Part shown: positions 19,848 through 30,103 of the stretch, one piece after another
Numbering within the stretch: position 1 is the stretch's first letter
Layout: every line of letters starts with the position of its first letter
The notes under the pieces: generated by a model
Told to the model about the DNA's origin: nothing
Database searches by the model: none
Seen by the model: the letters and a program-made list of their open reading frames with translations, nothing else
Source: Alphaproteobacteria bacterium
GTDB taxonomy: Bacteria; Pseudomonadota; Alphaproteobacteria; Bin95
Direction: 5' to 3'
Assembly (NCBI GenBank): GCA_963665325.3
Contig: CAXXWS020000001.1
Coordinates: 96,001-160,000, forward strand
DNA: 64,000 bases
Position numbers and translations under genes: made by a program

Positions 19848-20070
19848 GGTGCGACCGGACCACAGCCTCGTCGGAACATGCGCAAGGATGTCACCAGCAA
19901 CCGACCGCGGGAGCGGAGCGCGGCCCCGAAGCGTTGAACCCGGGGCGTCGCCTGCAGTGACAATTTCGACGCGAGCCAGGCCGCTGCATGGTCATCGGAC
20001 GAAAGGGGACTGGGTCGATGAACAGCGCCGTGTCGCCAGAACCTGCGGTCGGCGCTGCGGATTCCCGTCC

Positions 20071-22053
20071 ATGAACAGATTCGTTGCGCCCGCCGTCCTC
20101 TTAGCCGCCGTCCTTGCATCCACATCATACGCGAGCGCTCGCGAACCGGGCGACATGATCGAGTGGCCCATCGTCGGCTCGGGACAGGCGCAGACCAAAT
20201 ACTCCATGGCCAGAGAAATCACGGCCGCCAATATCGACGAACTCAAGATCGTCTGGCGATGGGAGCCGAACGAGAAGCCACTGGAGAAATACGGCACCCG
20301 GCCCGGTCCGTTCCAGGCAACACCGATCATGCTCGACAACGTCCTGTATCTGTCGACCATGTACACGCGGGTCGTGGCCCTCGATGCGGAGACGGGCGCC
20401 GAGCTTTGGAGCTTCGATCCGAAGGTCTATGAAGGCGGACCCAAGGGCGCGGGGCCGAGGGGCTTCAAGCATCGGGGCATAGCCTGGTGGAGCAACGGGG
20501 ACGAGCGCCGTATCTTCCTCAACAGCCGCGACCGTCTCTATGCAATCGACGCCGTAACGGGCAAGCCGGATGCCGGCTTCGGCGAGGGCGGGAGCGTCCT
20601 GCTAACCGACGCCTTCGCCCGTCCGGTGACCCGTTTCGAATTCGACCAGACCTCGCCGCCGGTCGTGTTCGAGGACCTGGTGATCGTGGGCAGCCGCATT
20701 CCCGACCGCCTGCAGCGCAAGTTCGACCCGCCGGGCACCGTGCAGGCGTTCGACGCGCGCACCGGCGAGCGCCGCTGGGTGTTCTTCACCGTCCCCCAAT
20801 CTGCCGGGGACGTCGGCGCAGACACATGGGTGAACGAGTCCTGGCGCTTTACCGGCCATGCCAATGTGTGGGGGCTGATGTCGCTTGACGCCGAGCGCGG
20901 GCTTCTCTATGCGCCGACGAGCACGCCGAGCAGCGACTACTGGGGCGGCCGCCGGCCCGGCGCCAACCTCTTCGCCGAGTCGCTGGTGTGTCTCGACGCG
21001 CGCACGGGCGAGCGGAAATGGCACTTCCAGACGGTGCATCACGGCGTGTGGGACTACGACCTGGCCGCGGCGCCGAACCTCGTGACGATCAATGTGGACG
21101 GGCGCGAGATCGACGCGGTGGCGCAGGTCTCCAAGCATGGCTTCACCTATGTGTTCGACCGGGTGACGGGCAAGCCGGTGTGGCCCATTGAGGAGCGCGC
21201 GGTGGACACGGCAACGGACGTACCGGGCGAGGCGCTCTATCCGACACAGCCCTTCCCGACCAAACCGCCGCCATTCGCCGGGCAGGGCGTGTCTCTGGAG
21301 GACACGAACGACCTGACGCCAGAGATCCATGCGCTTGCGGTGGCGGAGATGCGGCGGTTCCGGATAGGCCCGCTGTTCACGCCGCCCAGCCTGCGCGGCA
21401 CCCTCCAGCGACCGGGCGCCAGCGGCGGCGCGAACTGGGGCGGGGCGGCCTTCGACCCCGGGACCGGGCTCCTGTTCGTGCGGACATCGGAGGACGCGGA
21501 CACGAACCAGGTCTGCGTGAACAAGGGCGACGACCCGGAGGTCGATGTCGAATACAGCAACAATTGTCCTTTCGGGGCGTCGCTGCTCATGTTCCACGAA
21601 CCTGACGGGCCGGGCGCCGCGGACACCCCGGAGAGCAGGCTGGGCCCGATCCCCCTCATCAAGCCGCCTTGGGCGCATCTGGTGGCGATCGACCTCAATG
21701 CGGGCGAGATCGCATGGAAGGTGCCGTTCGGCGAAGGCAGCCGAGAAATCCGCGAGCATCCACTGCTGCGCGGCGTCAAACTGCCGGATCGGTTGGGCAC
21801 GCGCGGTAATTCCGGCCCGATGGCGACAGCGGGGGGCCTCGTCTTCGTCGGCGGCGGCGCGCCTTACCTCTATGCGTTCGACAAGGCGACGGGCGCCGAG
21901 CTCTGGCGCGGCGCTACGCCGTTCAAGACCTTCGGGAATCCAATGACCTACCGCGCCCGGTCGGGGCAGCAGTTCGTCGTCATCGCAACCGGCCGCGGGG
22001 CGCACGCCGCGCTCGTCGCCTTCGCGCGAGTCATACCAGCGGTGCCGGGTTGA
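20071..22053 (+). CDS. PQQ-dependent dehydrogenase (quinoprotein glucose dehydrogenase-like)
   Basis: FQATP, VALDAETGAELWSFDP, WHFQTVHHGVWDYD, GGANWGG, KPPW, TAGGLVF, NPMTY. Confidence 0.92.
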   Translation: MNRFVAPAVLLAAVLASTSYASAREPGDMIEWPIVGSGQAQTKYSMAREITAANIDELKIVWRWEPNEKPLEKYGTRPGPFQATPIMLDNVLYLSTMYTRVVALDAETGAELWSFDPKVYEGGPKGAGPRGFKHRGIAWWSNGDERRIFLNSRDRLYAIDAVTGKPDAGFGEGGSVLLTDAFARPVTRFEFDQTSPPVVFEDLVIVGSRIPDRLQRKFDPPGTVQAFDARTGERRWVFFTVPQSAGDVGADTWVNESWRFTGHANVWGLMSLDAERGLLYAPTSTPSSDYWGGRRPGANLFAESLVCLDARTGERKWHFQTVHHGVWDYDLAAAPNLVTINVDGREIDAVAQVSKHGFTYVFDRVTGKPVWPIEERAVDTATDVPGEALYPTQPFPTKPPPFAGQGVSLEDTNDLTPEIHALAVAEMRRFRIGPLFTPPSLRGTLQRPGASGGANWGGAAFDPGTGLLFVRTSEDADTNQVCVNKGDDPEVDVEYSNNCPFGASLLMFHEPDGPGAADTPESRLGPIPLIKPPWAHLVAIDLNAGEIAWKVPFGEGSREIREHPLLRGVKLPDRLGTRGNSGPMATAGGLVFVGGGAPYLYAFDKATGAELWRGATPFKTFGNPMTYRARSGQQFVVIATGRGAHAALVAFARVIPAVPG

Positions 22054-22952
22054 GACTCATGGGTTGGCGCCGCCCCGCTTGGCGTCCCGGCCCTCTCCTT
22101 ATCCTGAGTAGCGCCCGCGCGCCAGCGGGCACGTATCGAAGGGCCGTCCCGCCGCCGGAAACGCCCCCCTCGATACGCGGCGGGCACTGCTACTCGGGAT
22201 ACAAGGGGGAAGAGGACCGGGCCGAAGGCAGGGGCGCCCTCTCTATGGGTTCCGATCAACTACCGCCGGTATCAGGTAGTTGGTGGCCGGCTGAGTGCGC
22301 CGGCATCCCGGCACCTGGTTCGGCTGGATTGGCACTCATCGGAGGGGAACGACATGCGGATGTCCTTGTCTGCTGGCCGGCCTGCGTCGGAAACACGGCC
22401 GGCTTTCACCCGCGCCTGGTAATACCAGCGTTCGATGGTGCCAGTGTCGATACGACGGTCCGACAACTCTTTGTTGACCTGTCGGCTTTCTGATACGAAC
22501 TCGTCCCGTGCCGCTGTTCCGTCCCCCGGTGCGGGGACGTGTCCCGCAATCGGACGACGAGGAGTCCACAGGAAATGAAGACCGCTTGCCCGGCGCGACA
22601 CACCGCGCCGCTCACCCTGACCAGACGCAGCTTCACGGCTGCAGCCGCGCTTTCGGCGCTCGTTCCGCGGACGATGGGGCCCGCCCGCAGGTGCCCATGC
22701 CGAACGGCCGCGTGGAAGCACATGAGGGGGGCCGAACCATGAGCGGAAAATCACCGGATGAAAGAAGCCGGCGGGCAAGTCTTGATCCGCTCACAAGACA
22801 CGCGCATTGCCGGCAAGAACGGCACGGGTGGGCAACCGCGCCCTGCATGAGGAGACACGGCGATGGCGGTTGCGGTCAGCACGGCCCCTGAGCGATATTC
22901 AACCCGGCGCGTGGCGTCTGTCGCCTGCGTGGCGAGCGCGCACACGCTCAAC

Positions 22953-23900
22953 TCACTGGCGGTCCGACCTGGTAGCGCCGAACGACCCGACGATCGACCC
23001 CGACCTGAACACGCCGCCGGCCTCCTCGTGGTAACCGCCGTAGAACGTCCCCGCGACATGCTCGCCGTCCCAGTGCGTGCCCTTCGAGAACGCCCCGTCA
23101 TTCACCGCGATGCCAGTCCACGCCATCCTGTGGCCCGCGGCGGCGCCGGTCCTCAGATCGACGAAATTGTCGAGCGTGACATCGACCGAGGAGTCGCCGA
23201 AGTCATAGACGATCCCGGCATCCCCCTGCAGCATGTCGGGAGCGGGAAACAGCCGCTTCAGGTCCGTGCCCACCGCGACGCCGGTCCACGATGCCGATCC
23301 CGAAACCGGATTCGTGCCGGAAGCCCGGCCGACCGAATAGGGCGCGGCCTGGACCGAGTCGGGTGCGCCCTTGTCGGGATGAAAGCTGATCTGCACCAGG
23401 AAGGTGCTGTAATGCATCCAGGCCCCATAGCCGGTTAACTCCTGGGGCGCGTCGGGATTGGATGTCGCATCGTAGAAGGCCTGGCCGAGCCGGATGCCCC
23501 CACGTTCCATGACCGGCTGGTATTCCGCATCGAAAAAGAAACCGTCCAGGTCCCCTTCCCCGCTCGCGCCGTACCTGCATGCGCCTCCCGTGCACGCCGC
23601 CCCGTAAATGTAGCCGGGGAACTCTCCGGGGGAGCGATAGACACCGCCGAGCATCCAGGTATCGGCGCTCGTGACGATCCTCTCGTCGAGCGCCGAAAGT
23701 TCATCCGAGGTCATGGCGTACGCGGTGCTTCCGGCAACGTTCCCCGATGCGGTCCCGGCATCCAGCAGCCAGTCCGGCGGGCCGGATTCCGTGCTGGCAT
23801 CGGAACCGGCGGCCGTCTCCGCCATGTTCTCCCGGTGCCCGCCGCACCCGGAAAGGGCCAAGACGACGAGTATCGCGAACAACCCGATCATGGTTCGCAT
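22953..23900 (-). CDS. Orphan surface lipoprotein with TbpB-like barrel
   Basis: MRTM start, lipobox LSGC, SASWTGVAVG, VAGTFYG..HEEAGGVF, IVGSFGATR. Confidence 0.75.
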   Translation of the reverse strand: MRTMIGLFAILVVLALSGCGGHRENMAETAAGSDASTESGPPDWLLDAGTASGNVAGSTAYAMTSDELSALDERIVTSADTWMLGGVYRSPGEFPGYIYGAACTGGACRYGASGEGDLDGFFFDAEYQPVMERGGIRLGQAFYDATSNPDAPQELTGYGAWMHYSTFLVQISFHPDKGAPDSVQAAPYSVGRASGTNPVSGSASWTGVAVGTDLKRLFPAPDMLQGDAGIVYDFGDSSVDVTLDNFVDLRTGAAAGHRMAWTGIAVNDGAFSKGTHWDGEHVAGTFYGGYHEEAGGVFRSGSIVGSFGATRSDRQ

Positions 23901-24427
23901 GCTCAATTGCCCCGCGTATCCAGACGAACCCGAACGGTGCTCCGCCCCCGGTCCGGAGTCAACGCGCCGCGTCACATCGTCAATCGGGAGCGCCGCCCGG
24001 AGAGACGGCCGGCGGGCAGGAGCGCGCCACGAGCGGCGCATGAGCAAGCCCTCCCTCTCCAGTCCGGTTCGCGGCGTTGCGCGCCGCCGCCCCGGCGAAG
24101 AACTCTGGCGAATTGGGTCTCCGGCGGATACCGCGCGCGGGCAACGGCAGGCCGGGCCGTCTCAAACGCGTCTTCGACGATGACGCCGGCCCTCTCCGTT
24201 GACCCCGACAGGACGGGCACGGCAAGGTGAACGCACCCGCGGCTGTCCGGGCTGCCCGACGGCCGGCGGCATCCCGCCGAAGGCCGGCAGTATGCGCACG
24301 GCCTTGTGTTTCGCGCACCGAGGTTCCCGGTGCGACTTGCAGCGCCGGAGATTTGAGGTTCACCGCACAATGCAGGAGAAACTATGGTAATGGCAGATTT
24401 GATCGATCCGCACGGCACTGTAGCGAT

Positions 24428-24958
24428 ATGCGACCCGGCGCGTGGCGTTGGCGGCGCTGGCCGGCGTCGTCGCCTGCGTGGCGGGACTCCTCCGGCGCCA
24501 AGACCGGCTGGGCGGCCTGCCCCTTCTCGACAACTGCACGTGGTGCACGTGGTGCACGTGGTACAACTGTACAACCGCACTTGGTACACACCGGCCGATG
24601 CGGTGGCGCTATTCAAGACGCTCGACCGGCTCGACGCCAATTTGCGGGCGGTCTACGCGGCGACCGGCCTCATGATCGACATGGTCTTTCCGGCGGCCTA
24701 CGGGCTGCCGTTCGCGATCCTGCTGGTTCGCCTGTTCCGGGCGCCGTTCTTCCTGCTGCCGCTCGCGACGGCGGCCGCGGACGTGCTGGAGAACGCGACC
24801 GTCGCCGTGCTGGCGCTGGGCTGCACCGGCGCGCCGTCGCCGCTCGCGTGGCTGCCGCGGCGTTCACCTTGGTCAAGGCGCTGTTCGGCTGCGCCGGGCT
24901 GGCGGCGGCCTGCATCGGCGATGTCCGCTGGTTGTGGCTGCGGGTGCGCCGGTGCTGA
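24428..24958 (+). pseudogene. Membrane protein disrupted by repeat expansion and frameshifts
   Basis: Hydrophobic segments in different frames; WYTPADA...IDMVFPAAYG...ADVLEN. Confidence 0.5.
24535..24575 (+). repeat. (TGCACGTGG)x3 plus degenerate duplication
   Basis: Seen directly; 41-bp insert between GACAAC and CGCACTTGG. Confidence 0.8.
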
Positions 24959-25095
24959 TGGGCCGGCCGCGCGGGCAGACAGGCGCCGCTCTCCCGGGCC
25001 GCGGTGTCCGCGATCGGCTGGTCCAGCTCGTCTTCGCGGTCCTCGTCGAGCATCTAGCCGCGCAGTTCTTGCCACTATGATGTACGCCGCGCGGA

Positions 25096-25659
25096 TCAAC
25101 GAGACTCCACCATGTGGAGGACGAGCGCCTTCAAAGAGGCCAGCAGGGCGAGCAGGTGCTCCCTGTCCCTCGCCTTGTGCCTGATGCCGTACCAGGACGC
25201 CTGCATGAGATCGCAGAGCTGCTTCGCGCCCGGTCCCCAGGCCGGCGTACGCCGGGTGCAGGGGGCGAGCATCTCTTCCAGCATCGCCCCGTAGCGGGCA
25301 TCCGCGAGCACTATCTCCTGCCGCGCCGCATCGCGGAATCCGGTCAGGATTTCGTCGCCGTGAGGGGTCGCATGGATCCGTTCCCAGGGTACGACGACAA
25401 GGCAATGGAAAACGATGTCGAGCTTCTCGCCGAGATCGGAGAGCCCGGCGCATTCGGCCTCGATCTCGGCGATGGAGCGGTCTGCATATCCCCGGATGGT
25501 CGCGCGCAACAGGTCCTCTTTGCCCGAAAACAGATTGTAGAGGGTCTGGCGTGCAACGCCGGCTTCTTCGGCGACATCGTTCATCGTCGCGCGCTTCACG
25601 CCGTAACGCGAGAACACCCGGAACGCTGCCTTCGCGATGGTTTCCCTGCGTTCTGACAT
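25096..25659 (-). CDS. TetR/AcrR family regulator
   Basis: AAFRVFSRYGVKRATMNDVAEEAGVARQTLYNLFSGKEDL HTH. Confidence 0.92.
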   Translation of the reverse strand: MSERRETIAKAAFRVFSRYGVKRATMNDVAEEAGVARQTLYNLFSGKEDLLRATIRGYADRSIAEIEAECAGLSDLGEKLDIVFHCLVVVPWERIHATPHGDEILTGFRDAARQEIVLADARYGAMLEEMLAPCTRRTPAWGPGAKQLCDLMQASWYGIRHKARDREHLLALLASLKALVLHMVESR

Positions 25660-25671
25660 ATCCCGACCATT

Positions 25672-25718
25672 GACAAATTCAGCCCGAATGTCCAGTTGAC
25701 ATTAGAACTAATTATGTC
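25672..25718. promoter_or_regulatory. Two tandem GACA-N13-TGTC operators in the divergent promoter
   Basis: 25672-25692 and 25698-25718, between tetR and the 2Fe-2S gene. Confidence 0.65.
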
Positions 25719-25789
25719 TATTCGTCCAAGGACCGGAGAGTGGCCCGACGGGCGCGCGACCGGGAGCAATTCGAACGAAGGGAGTCGGG

Positions 25790-26181
25790 GATGCGGACGA
25801 CACTGAAGGTCAACGGCCATACCGTCGAGGCCGAGGCGGCTGACGGCACGCCGCTCTTGTGGGTGCTGCGGGACGAGCTGAAGCTGACGGGCACCAAATA
25901 CGGTTGCGGCGTGGCCGCATGCGGGGCCTGCACGGTCCATGTCGACGGCGTGCCGGTCCGGTCCTGCCAGACTTACGCGGAAGATGTCGATGGGGCGGAG
26001 ATCACGACTATCCGACATCGGCGCCATCGATGTCCATATCGTGCCGTCGGCGGAGCCTCCGACGGACGTGGGCGAGCCCGGGGTGCCTCCGGCCGGACCC
26101 GCGCTCGCCAACGCCATTGCGGCGGACGGCGCGCGCGTGACCGTGCTGCCGATGGCGGATAACGGTGTCCGTTTTGCGTGA
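25790..26181 (+). pseudogene. Collapsed isoquinoline/aldehyde oxidoreductase operon (2Fe-2S subunit N-terminus joined to Mo-subunit C-terminus)
   Basis: [29 protein letters not shown] followed out of frame by [31 protein letters not shown]. Confidence 0.85.
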
Positions 26182-26323
26182 GCCGCTTGGGCCCGCACCT
26201 GCCCGGCACCTTGCTTCGGGGCCGGAGGCCGGGCGGCTGGTCTCCCGCTCCGCATCCCTGCGCGACCTTCGCAGATGGCGCGACAGCCGTCAGGGAGTGT
26301 CGTAGCGCGAAAGGAGCGCCCCC

Positions 26324-28165
26324 ATGACCCGCAAGACCGGCAGGCTAAAGCGGTTGTCCTCCGCTCAGCGGAACGGGCGTATCTCGATCACGGTCACGCT
26401 GGCGGCCGCGATCTCGCTGCTCGTCCTCCTGGCGGTCGGGAGCGTGTTCGGCGCCGGCGTCTGGCTCGCGGCAAGGAACACGCTCTCGCTCCTCAGCGAC
26501 AACGGCAACCGGAACCTCGCCGACACGGTCGGGCGGATCGAACTGCACCTGCGCCCGGCCGAGGACAAGGCCCGTTTCATCGCCCGTCGGATCGCCGAGG
26601 GCGACATCGACCCGCACGACCGTGCGACGTTCGGCCTCCTGCTGACCGGCGCCCTCGCAGGCGTTCCACAGATCAGGTCGGTCTCTTTCTTCGATACCAA
26701 CCTGAAAACCTTCGTTGCCGCCCGCCTCGGAGACGGCAACCTCAGGTTGGGCGAATTGGACCACTCGCGGGATCCCAGGTTCCACGAATTCCTGGCGGAG
26801 ATGCCGGAAGAGCCGCACTGGCACAGACCGTTCCGGCTCGACCGGTCCGAGGAGACCTTCTTCAGCCGGGTCCATCCGCTGTGGCGGGACGGACGGCTCA
26901 TCGGCGCCGTATTGGCGACGGTGTCGGTCCGGGGCCTCTCGGCGCATGTCGGCGCCTTCGGTGCGGCCGATTCCGGCACCCGGTTCATTCTGTACGGCCG
27001 CGGCCGTGTGTTCGCGCACCCGCTCATGGCGAACGGTTATTCGGGTCTGTCCGTCAAGAATCCGCTTCCCCGCCTGGCGGACTTCCGCGATTCCGTTCTG
27101 GCGTCGATCTGGCAGCAGGAAGACCGCTACGAGTTGATCATCGAACTCGCGCAGGGGTCCAATGGCCATGCCATAAGCACCGGCGGGGAGGACTATGTGT
27201 TCATGTACCGCCGCCTGCACGGCTTCGGGCCGAAGCCGCTGATCGTCGGCGCCTGGTTCCCAAGCTCCAGTGTCAGTGCAGAGATTCGCAGGATGCTCGC
27301 CGCGATCTATATCGGGATCGCCGCCCTGGTGCTGGCGATCGTCGCAGCGGTGATCCTCGGCCGGCGCATCGCCCGGCCGATCGTGCGCTTCTCGACGGCA
27401 GCCGGCCAGGTCCGCGACCTGAATATCCGCGACATCGGCGATCTTCCGGGCAGCGTGTTCCGCGAGCTCGACCGGCAGGCCAGGTCGTTCAACGCCATGC
27501 TGCATGCCCTGCGCTGGTTCGAACTCTACATTCCCAGGAAGGTCGTGGAACGATTGGTGAAGCGGGGCGAAATCGACGACTCGGCCTCGTCGGCGCATGA
27601 AATCACCGTCATGTTTACCGACATTGCGGGATTTTCGACGGTGTCCGAAAACCTGACAGCCCCCGAAGTCGCCGCCGTCGTCAATCGCCACTTTGAAATT
27701 GTCGCCGGCTGCATCGAGGCCGAGGACGGCACAGTCGACAAGTTCATCGGCGATTCCGTGATGGCGTTCTGGGGCGCGCCTGACGCCCAGCCCGATGCCG
27801 CGGAGCGGGCCTGTCGAGCTGCGCTGGCGATTGCAGACGGCATCCGGGCGGAGAATGCCCGGCGCCGTTCCAAAGGCGAGGCGCCGCTGGGCATCCGCAT
27901 CGGAGTCCATACCGGCATTGCAACAGTCGGCAACATCGGTTCGCCAGGTCGCATCAATTACACGATCATTGGCGATACGGTGAATGTCGGCCAGCGTCTG
28001 GAAGAGCTCGGCAAGACGCTGTTTGCCGAAGGCAGCGAGGCAGCGATCCTGATCAGCGGCGCGACCGCAGCGGGCCTGGGGCCGGACTTCGATCCAAAGC
28101 CGGCGGGCAATCATCACGTCAAGGGGCGTACCGGGGAAGTCGAGGTGTTCAGGCTGAGCGGTTGA
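26324..28165 (+). CDS. Membrane class III adenylate/guanylate cyclase with periplasmic sensor and HAMP
   Basis: Two TM segments; VMFTDIAGFS, DKFIGDSVMAFWGAP, RIGVHTG, YTIIGDTVNVGQRLE. Confidence 0.93.
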   Translation: MTRKTGRLKRLSSAQRNGRISITVTLAAAISLLVLLAVGSVFGAGVWLAARNTLSLLSDNGNRNLADTVGRIELHLRPAEDKARFIARRIAEGDIDPHDRATFGLLLTGALAGVPQIRSVSFFDTNLKTFVAARLGDGNLRLGELDHSRDPRFHEFLAEMPEEPHWHRPFRLDRSEETFFSRVHPLWRDGRLIGAVLATVSVRGLSAHVGAFGAADSGTRFILYGRGRVFAHPLMANGYSGLSVKNPLPRLADFRDSVLASIWQQEDRYELIIELAQGSNGHAISTGGEDYVFMYRRLHGFGPKPLIVGAWFPSSSVSAEIRRMLAAIYIGIAALVLAIVAAVILGRRIARPIVRFSTAAGQVRDLNIRDIGDLPGSVFRELDRQARSFNAMLHALRWFELYIPRKVVERLVKRGEIDDSASSAHEITVMFTDIAGFSTVSENLTAPEVAAVVNRHFEIVAGCIEAEDGTVDKFIGDSVMAFWGAPDAQPDAAERACRAALAIADGIRAENARRRSKGEAPLGIRIGVHTGIATVGNIGSPGRINYTIIGDTVNVGQRLEELGKTLFAEGSEAAILISGATAAGLGPDFDPKPAGNHHVKGRTGEVEVFRLSG

Positions 28166-28197
28166 GAATCGGACTCACCAAGCATGGCGTAACAGAG

Positions 28198-28228
28198 GGG
28201 ACTTACAAAGATTGGTTGACGGCATCTT
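28198..28228 (+). repeat. 31-bp direct repeat, copy 2
   Basis: Identical to 13636-13666. Confidence 0.85.
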
Positions 28229-28514
28229 ACGCCGTTTCGAAACGCTCCACCGCGATCTCGCCGGCGCGGGACCGGGCCTGCCAGAGATCGTAGGCCATCT
28301 GCATCCCGAGCCAGGTTTCGGGCGTCGACCCGAAGGCTTTTGTTAGCCGGATCGCCATCTCCACCGAAATCCCCGAGCGTTCGTTCACCAGCTCCGACAG
28401 CGCCTGGCGCGTCACACCCAGCCCCTCGGCGGCCCGCGTCACCGTAAGGCCCAACGGCTCGAGACACTGTCGCTTCACGATGCCGCCCGGATGCGGCGGG
28501 TTGTGCATGCCCAT
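28227..28514 (-). CDS. higA: HigA antitoxin
   Basis: MHNPPHPG, LGVTRQALSELVN, ETWLGMQMAYDL. Confidence 0.92.
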   Translation of the reverse strand: MGMHNPPHPGGIVKRQCLEPLGLTVTRAAEGLGVTRQALSELVNERSGISVEMAIRLTKAFGSTPETWLGMQMAYDLWQARSRAGEIAVERFETA

Positions 28515-28524
28515 GACCATCTCC

Positions 28525-28803
28525 TCAGTGATAATCCACATAGCCCACGTCGACTGCCGATCCGTCCTCGAACCGGAAGGTCACCCACCAATTGCCCGAG
28601 ACCGACACCGCCCAGTGCCGCTCCAGCCGCCCCGCAAGCCGGTGCAGGCGGAAGCCCGGCAGGTTCATGCCCTCGGGCCCCTGGCACATGTCGAGCGCCG
28701 CCAGGATGTCGAGCAACCTCCCGACATGCGCCTGCGCCATGCGCCGTGCCGTCCTGCCCTCGTACAGCGCCTTCAGGCCGCGGTGACGGAACGATGCGAT
28801 CAC
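28525..28803 (-). CDS. higB: HigB (RelE/ParE) toxin
   Basis: MIASFRHRGLK, PGFRLHRL.G, WAVSVSGNW.VTFRF, VDYH. Confidence 0.9.
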   Translation of the reverse strand: MIASFRHRGLKALYEGRTARRMAQAHVGRLLDILAALDMCQGPEGMNLPGFRLHRLAGRLERHWAVSVSGNWWVTFRFEDGSAVDVGYVDYH

Positions 28804-28903
28804 GAACCGACTCTAGACTGTCGCCTATCAAGTGACAATTGACATCGGCGTTTCTGCGGGTCCGTGCCGGTAAAGGTCGGCCGCCTCAATGCAGCCTGCT
28901 AAA

Positions 28904-29194
28904 TCAGGCGGCTGCCAAAGGCGTGATATCGGAGAGGTCCAGGGTCTCCCGGGCCCGGGCAAGATCGTGGGACTGCTGCAGGTTGATCCAGAACTCGGCG
29001 GTCGTGCCGAAGAACTTCGACAGCCGCATTGCGGTATCGACACTCACCGTCGTTTCTCCCTTTACCAGCCGTTCGATCCGCGTCCGCGGCACATTCAGGC
29101 GGTTGGCTAGCGCCATCGCACTCATGCCGAGCGGCCCGAGATACAACTCGGCGAGCACCTCACCGGGATGTGACGGATTCTTCAGCAGCATCAT
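28904..29194 (-). CDS. higA: HigA antitoxin (second module)
   Basis: HPGEVL, LNVPRTRIERLV, TTAEFWINLQ. Confidence 0.92.
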   Translation of the reverse strand: MMLLKNPSHPGEVLAELYLGPLGMSAMALANRLNVPRTRIERLVKGETTVSVDTAMRLSKFFGTTAEFWINLQQSHDLARARETLDLSDITPLAAA

Positions 29195-29208
29195 GTCCCG
29201 GATCCCTT

Positions 29209-29490
29209 TCAATGGTAATCGACTATTTCGACGTCCGCCGGACCCCGGCCGGTCCACACGAAACAGATGCGCCACTGGTTATTGATCCGGACCGAGTACT
29301 GGCCGCGCCGGTCTCCGCCGAGAGCCTCCAGGTGGTTTCCCGGAGGAAACCTCAGGTCCTCAATGGCCGCGGCGGCATCCATGGCTGACAGCATGGCGCG
29401 AGTCCTCTTCACCAGATGCGTCGGGAAGCCTTTGCGATACCGGTTCCGCACCGCATCGGCCGCCAGCTTGCCCCTGGTGCTGACTATCAT
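29209..29490 (-). CDS. higB: HigB toxin (second module)
   Basis: DLRFPPGNHLEALGGDRRGQYSVRINNQWRICF, VEIVDYH. Confidence 0.92.
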   Translation of the reverse strand: MIVSTRGKLAADAVRNRYRKGFPTHLVKRTRAMLSAMDAAAAIEDLRFPPGNHLEALGGDRRGQYSVRINNQWRICFVWTGRGPADVEIVDYH

Positions 29491-29493
29491 GAC

Positions 29494-29522
29494 CGACATG
29501 TATCATAACACGATACATGTCG
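29494..29522. promoter_or_regulatory. higBA operator
   Basis: CGACATGTATC-N7-GATACATGTCG perfect 11-bp inverted repeat. Confidence 0.7.
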
Positions 29523-29609
29523 AAAAGCCGGACATCCGCCTGACGGGGCCGCCCCTGTTCCTCAATGCAGCGTCGGACGGCTGGCCAGGTCCGCGCACTC
29601 TCCGGCTCC

Positions 29610-29695
29610 AGGAGACCGTCGAGATCGCCGCATCGACCGTGCCGGCGTTCAAGCCGGGCAAGCCATTGAAGGATGCCGTGAACGGCGCCGGGTGA
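29610..29695 (+). pseudogene. HU DNA-binding protein C-terminal remnant
   Basis: ETVEIAASTVPAFKPGKPLKDAVN. Confidence 0.7.
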
Positions 29696-29820
29696 GCGGA
29701 CGGGAAAATCGCGCGGCAGCGGGGCAGAGTCCAGTCCGGCTGCCGTCGGCTGCCGTGAAGAGGCCACCCGGGCCTGGAGTACCGGAGTCTTGTGGCACAG
29801 CCATGTTGACGCGGACGAAG

Positions 29821-29844
29821 ATCTAGCCATAATGTTAGCTAGAT
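29821..29844. promoter_or_regulatory. Operator upstream of phd-vapC
   Basis: ATCTAGC-N10-GCTAGAT inverted repeat. Confidence 0.6.
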
Positions 29845-29867
29845 ATGCCGAAGAGCGGTGAAAGTCG

Positions 29868-30101
29868 ATGCACGTCGTCAATGTTCATCAAGCGAAAACC
29901 GGACTTTCCCGGTTGTTGGCGCGGGTCGAGGCCGGCGAGGACGTGGTGATCGCGCGTCGCGGCGAACCCGTCGCGCGTCTCGTCGCCTGCAAGGCCCGAG
30001 TGAAGCGGCAGCCCGACATCCTCAAGGGGAAGCTGGTCGTTTCCGATGCTTTCTTCGATCCGCTGCCGGAGGAAGAGCTGGCGGCGTGGGAGTCCGGATA
30101 G
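29868..30101 (+). CDS. Phd/YefM antitoxin
   Basis: VNVHQAKTGLSRLLARVEAGEDVVIARRGEPVARL. Confidence 0.9.
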   Translation: MHVVNVHQAKTGLSRLLARVEAGEDVVIARRGEPVARLVACKARVKRQPDILKGKLVVSDAFFDPLPEEELAAWESG

Positions 30102-30103
30102 CG

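Noticed and set aside
19495-20070. Extension of the PQQ dehydrogenase to 852 aa
   Set aside because: Overlaps the autotransporter; signal peptide starts at 20071
24535-24590. Possible CRISPR array
   Set aside because: 9-bp tandem units without spacers; no cas genes in the window
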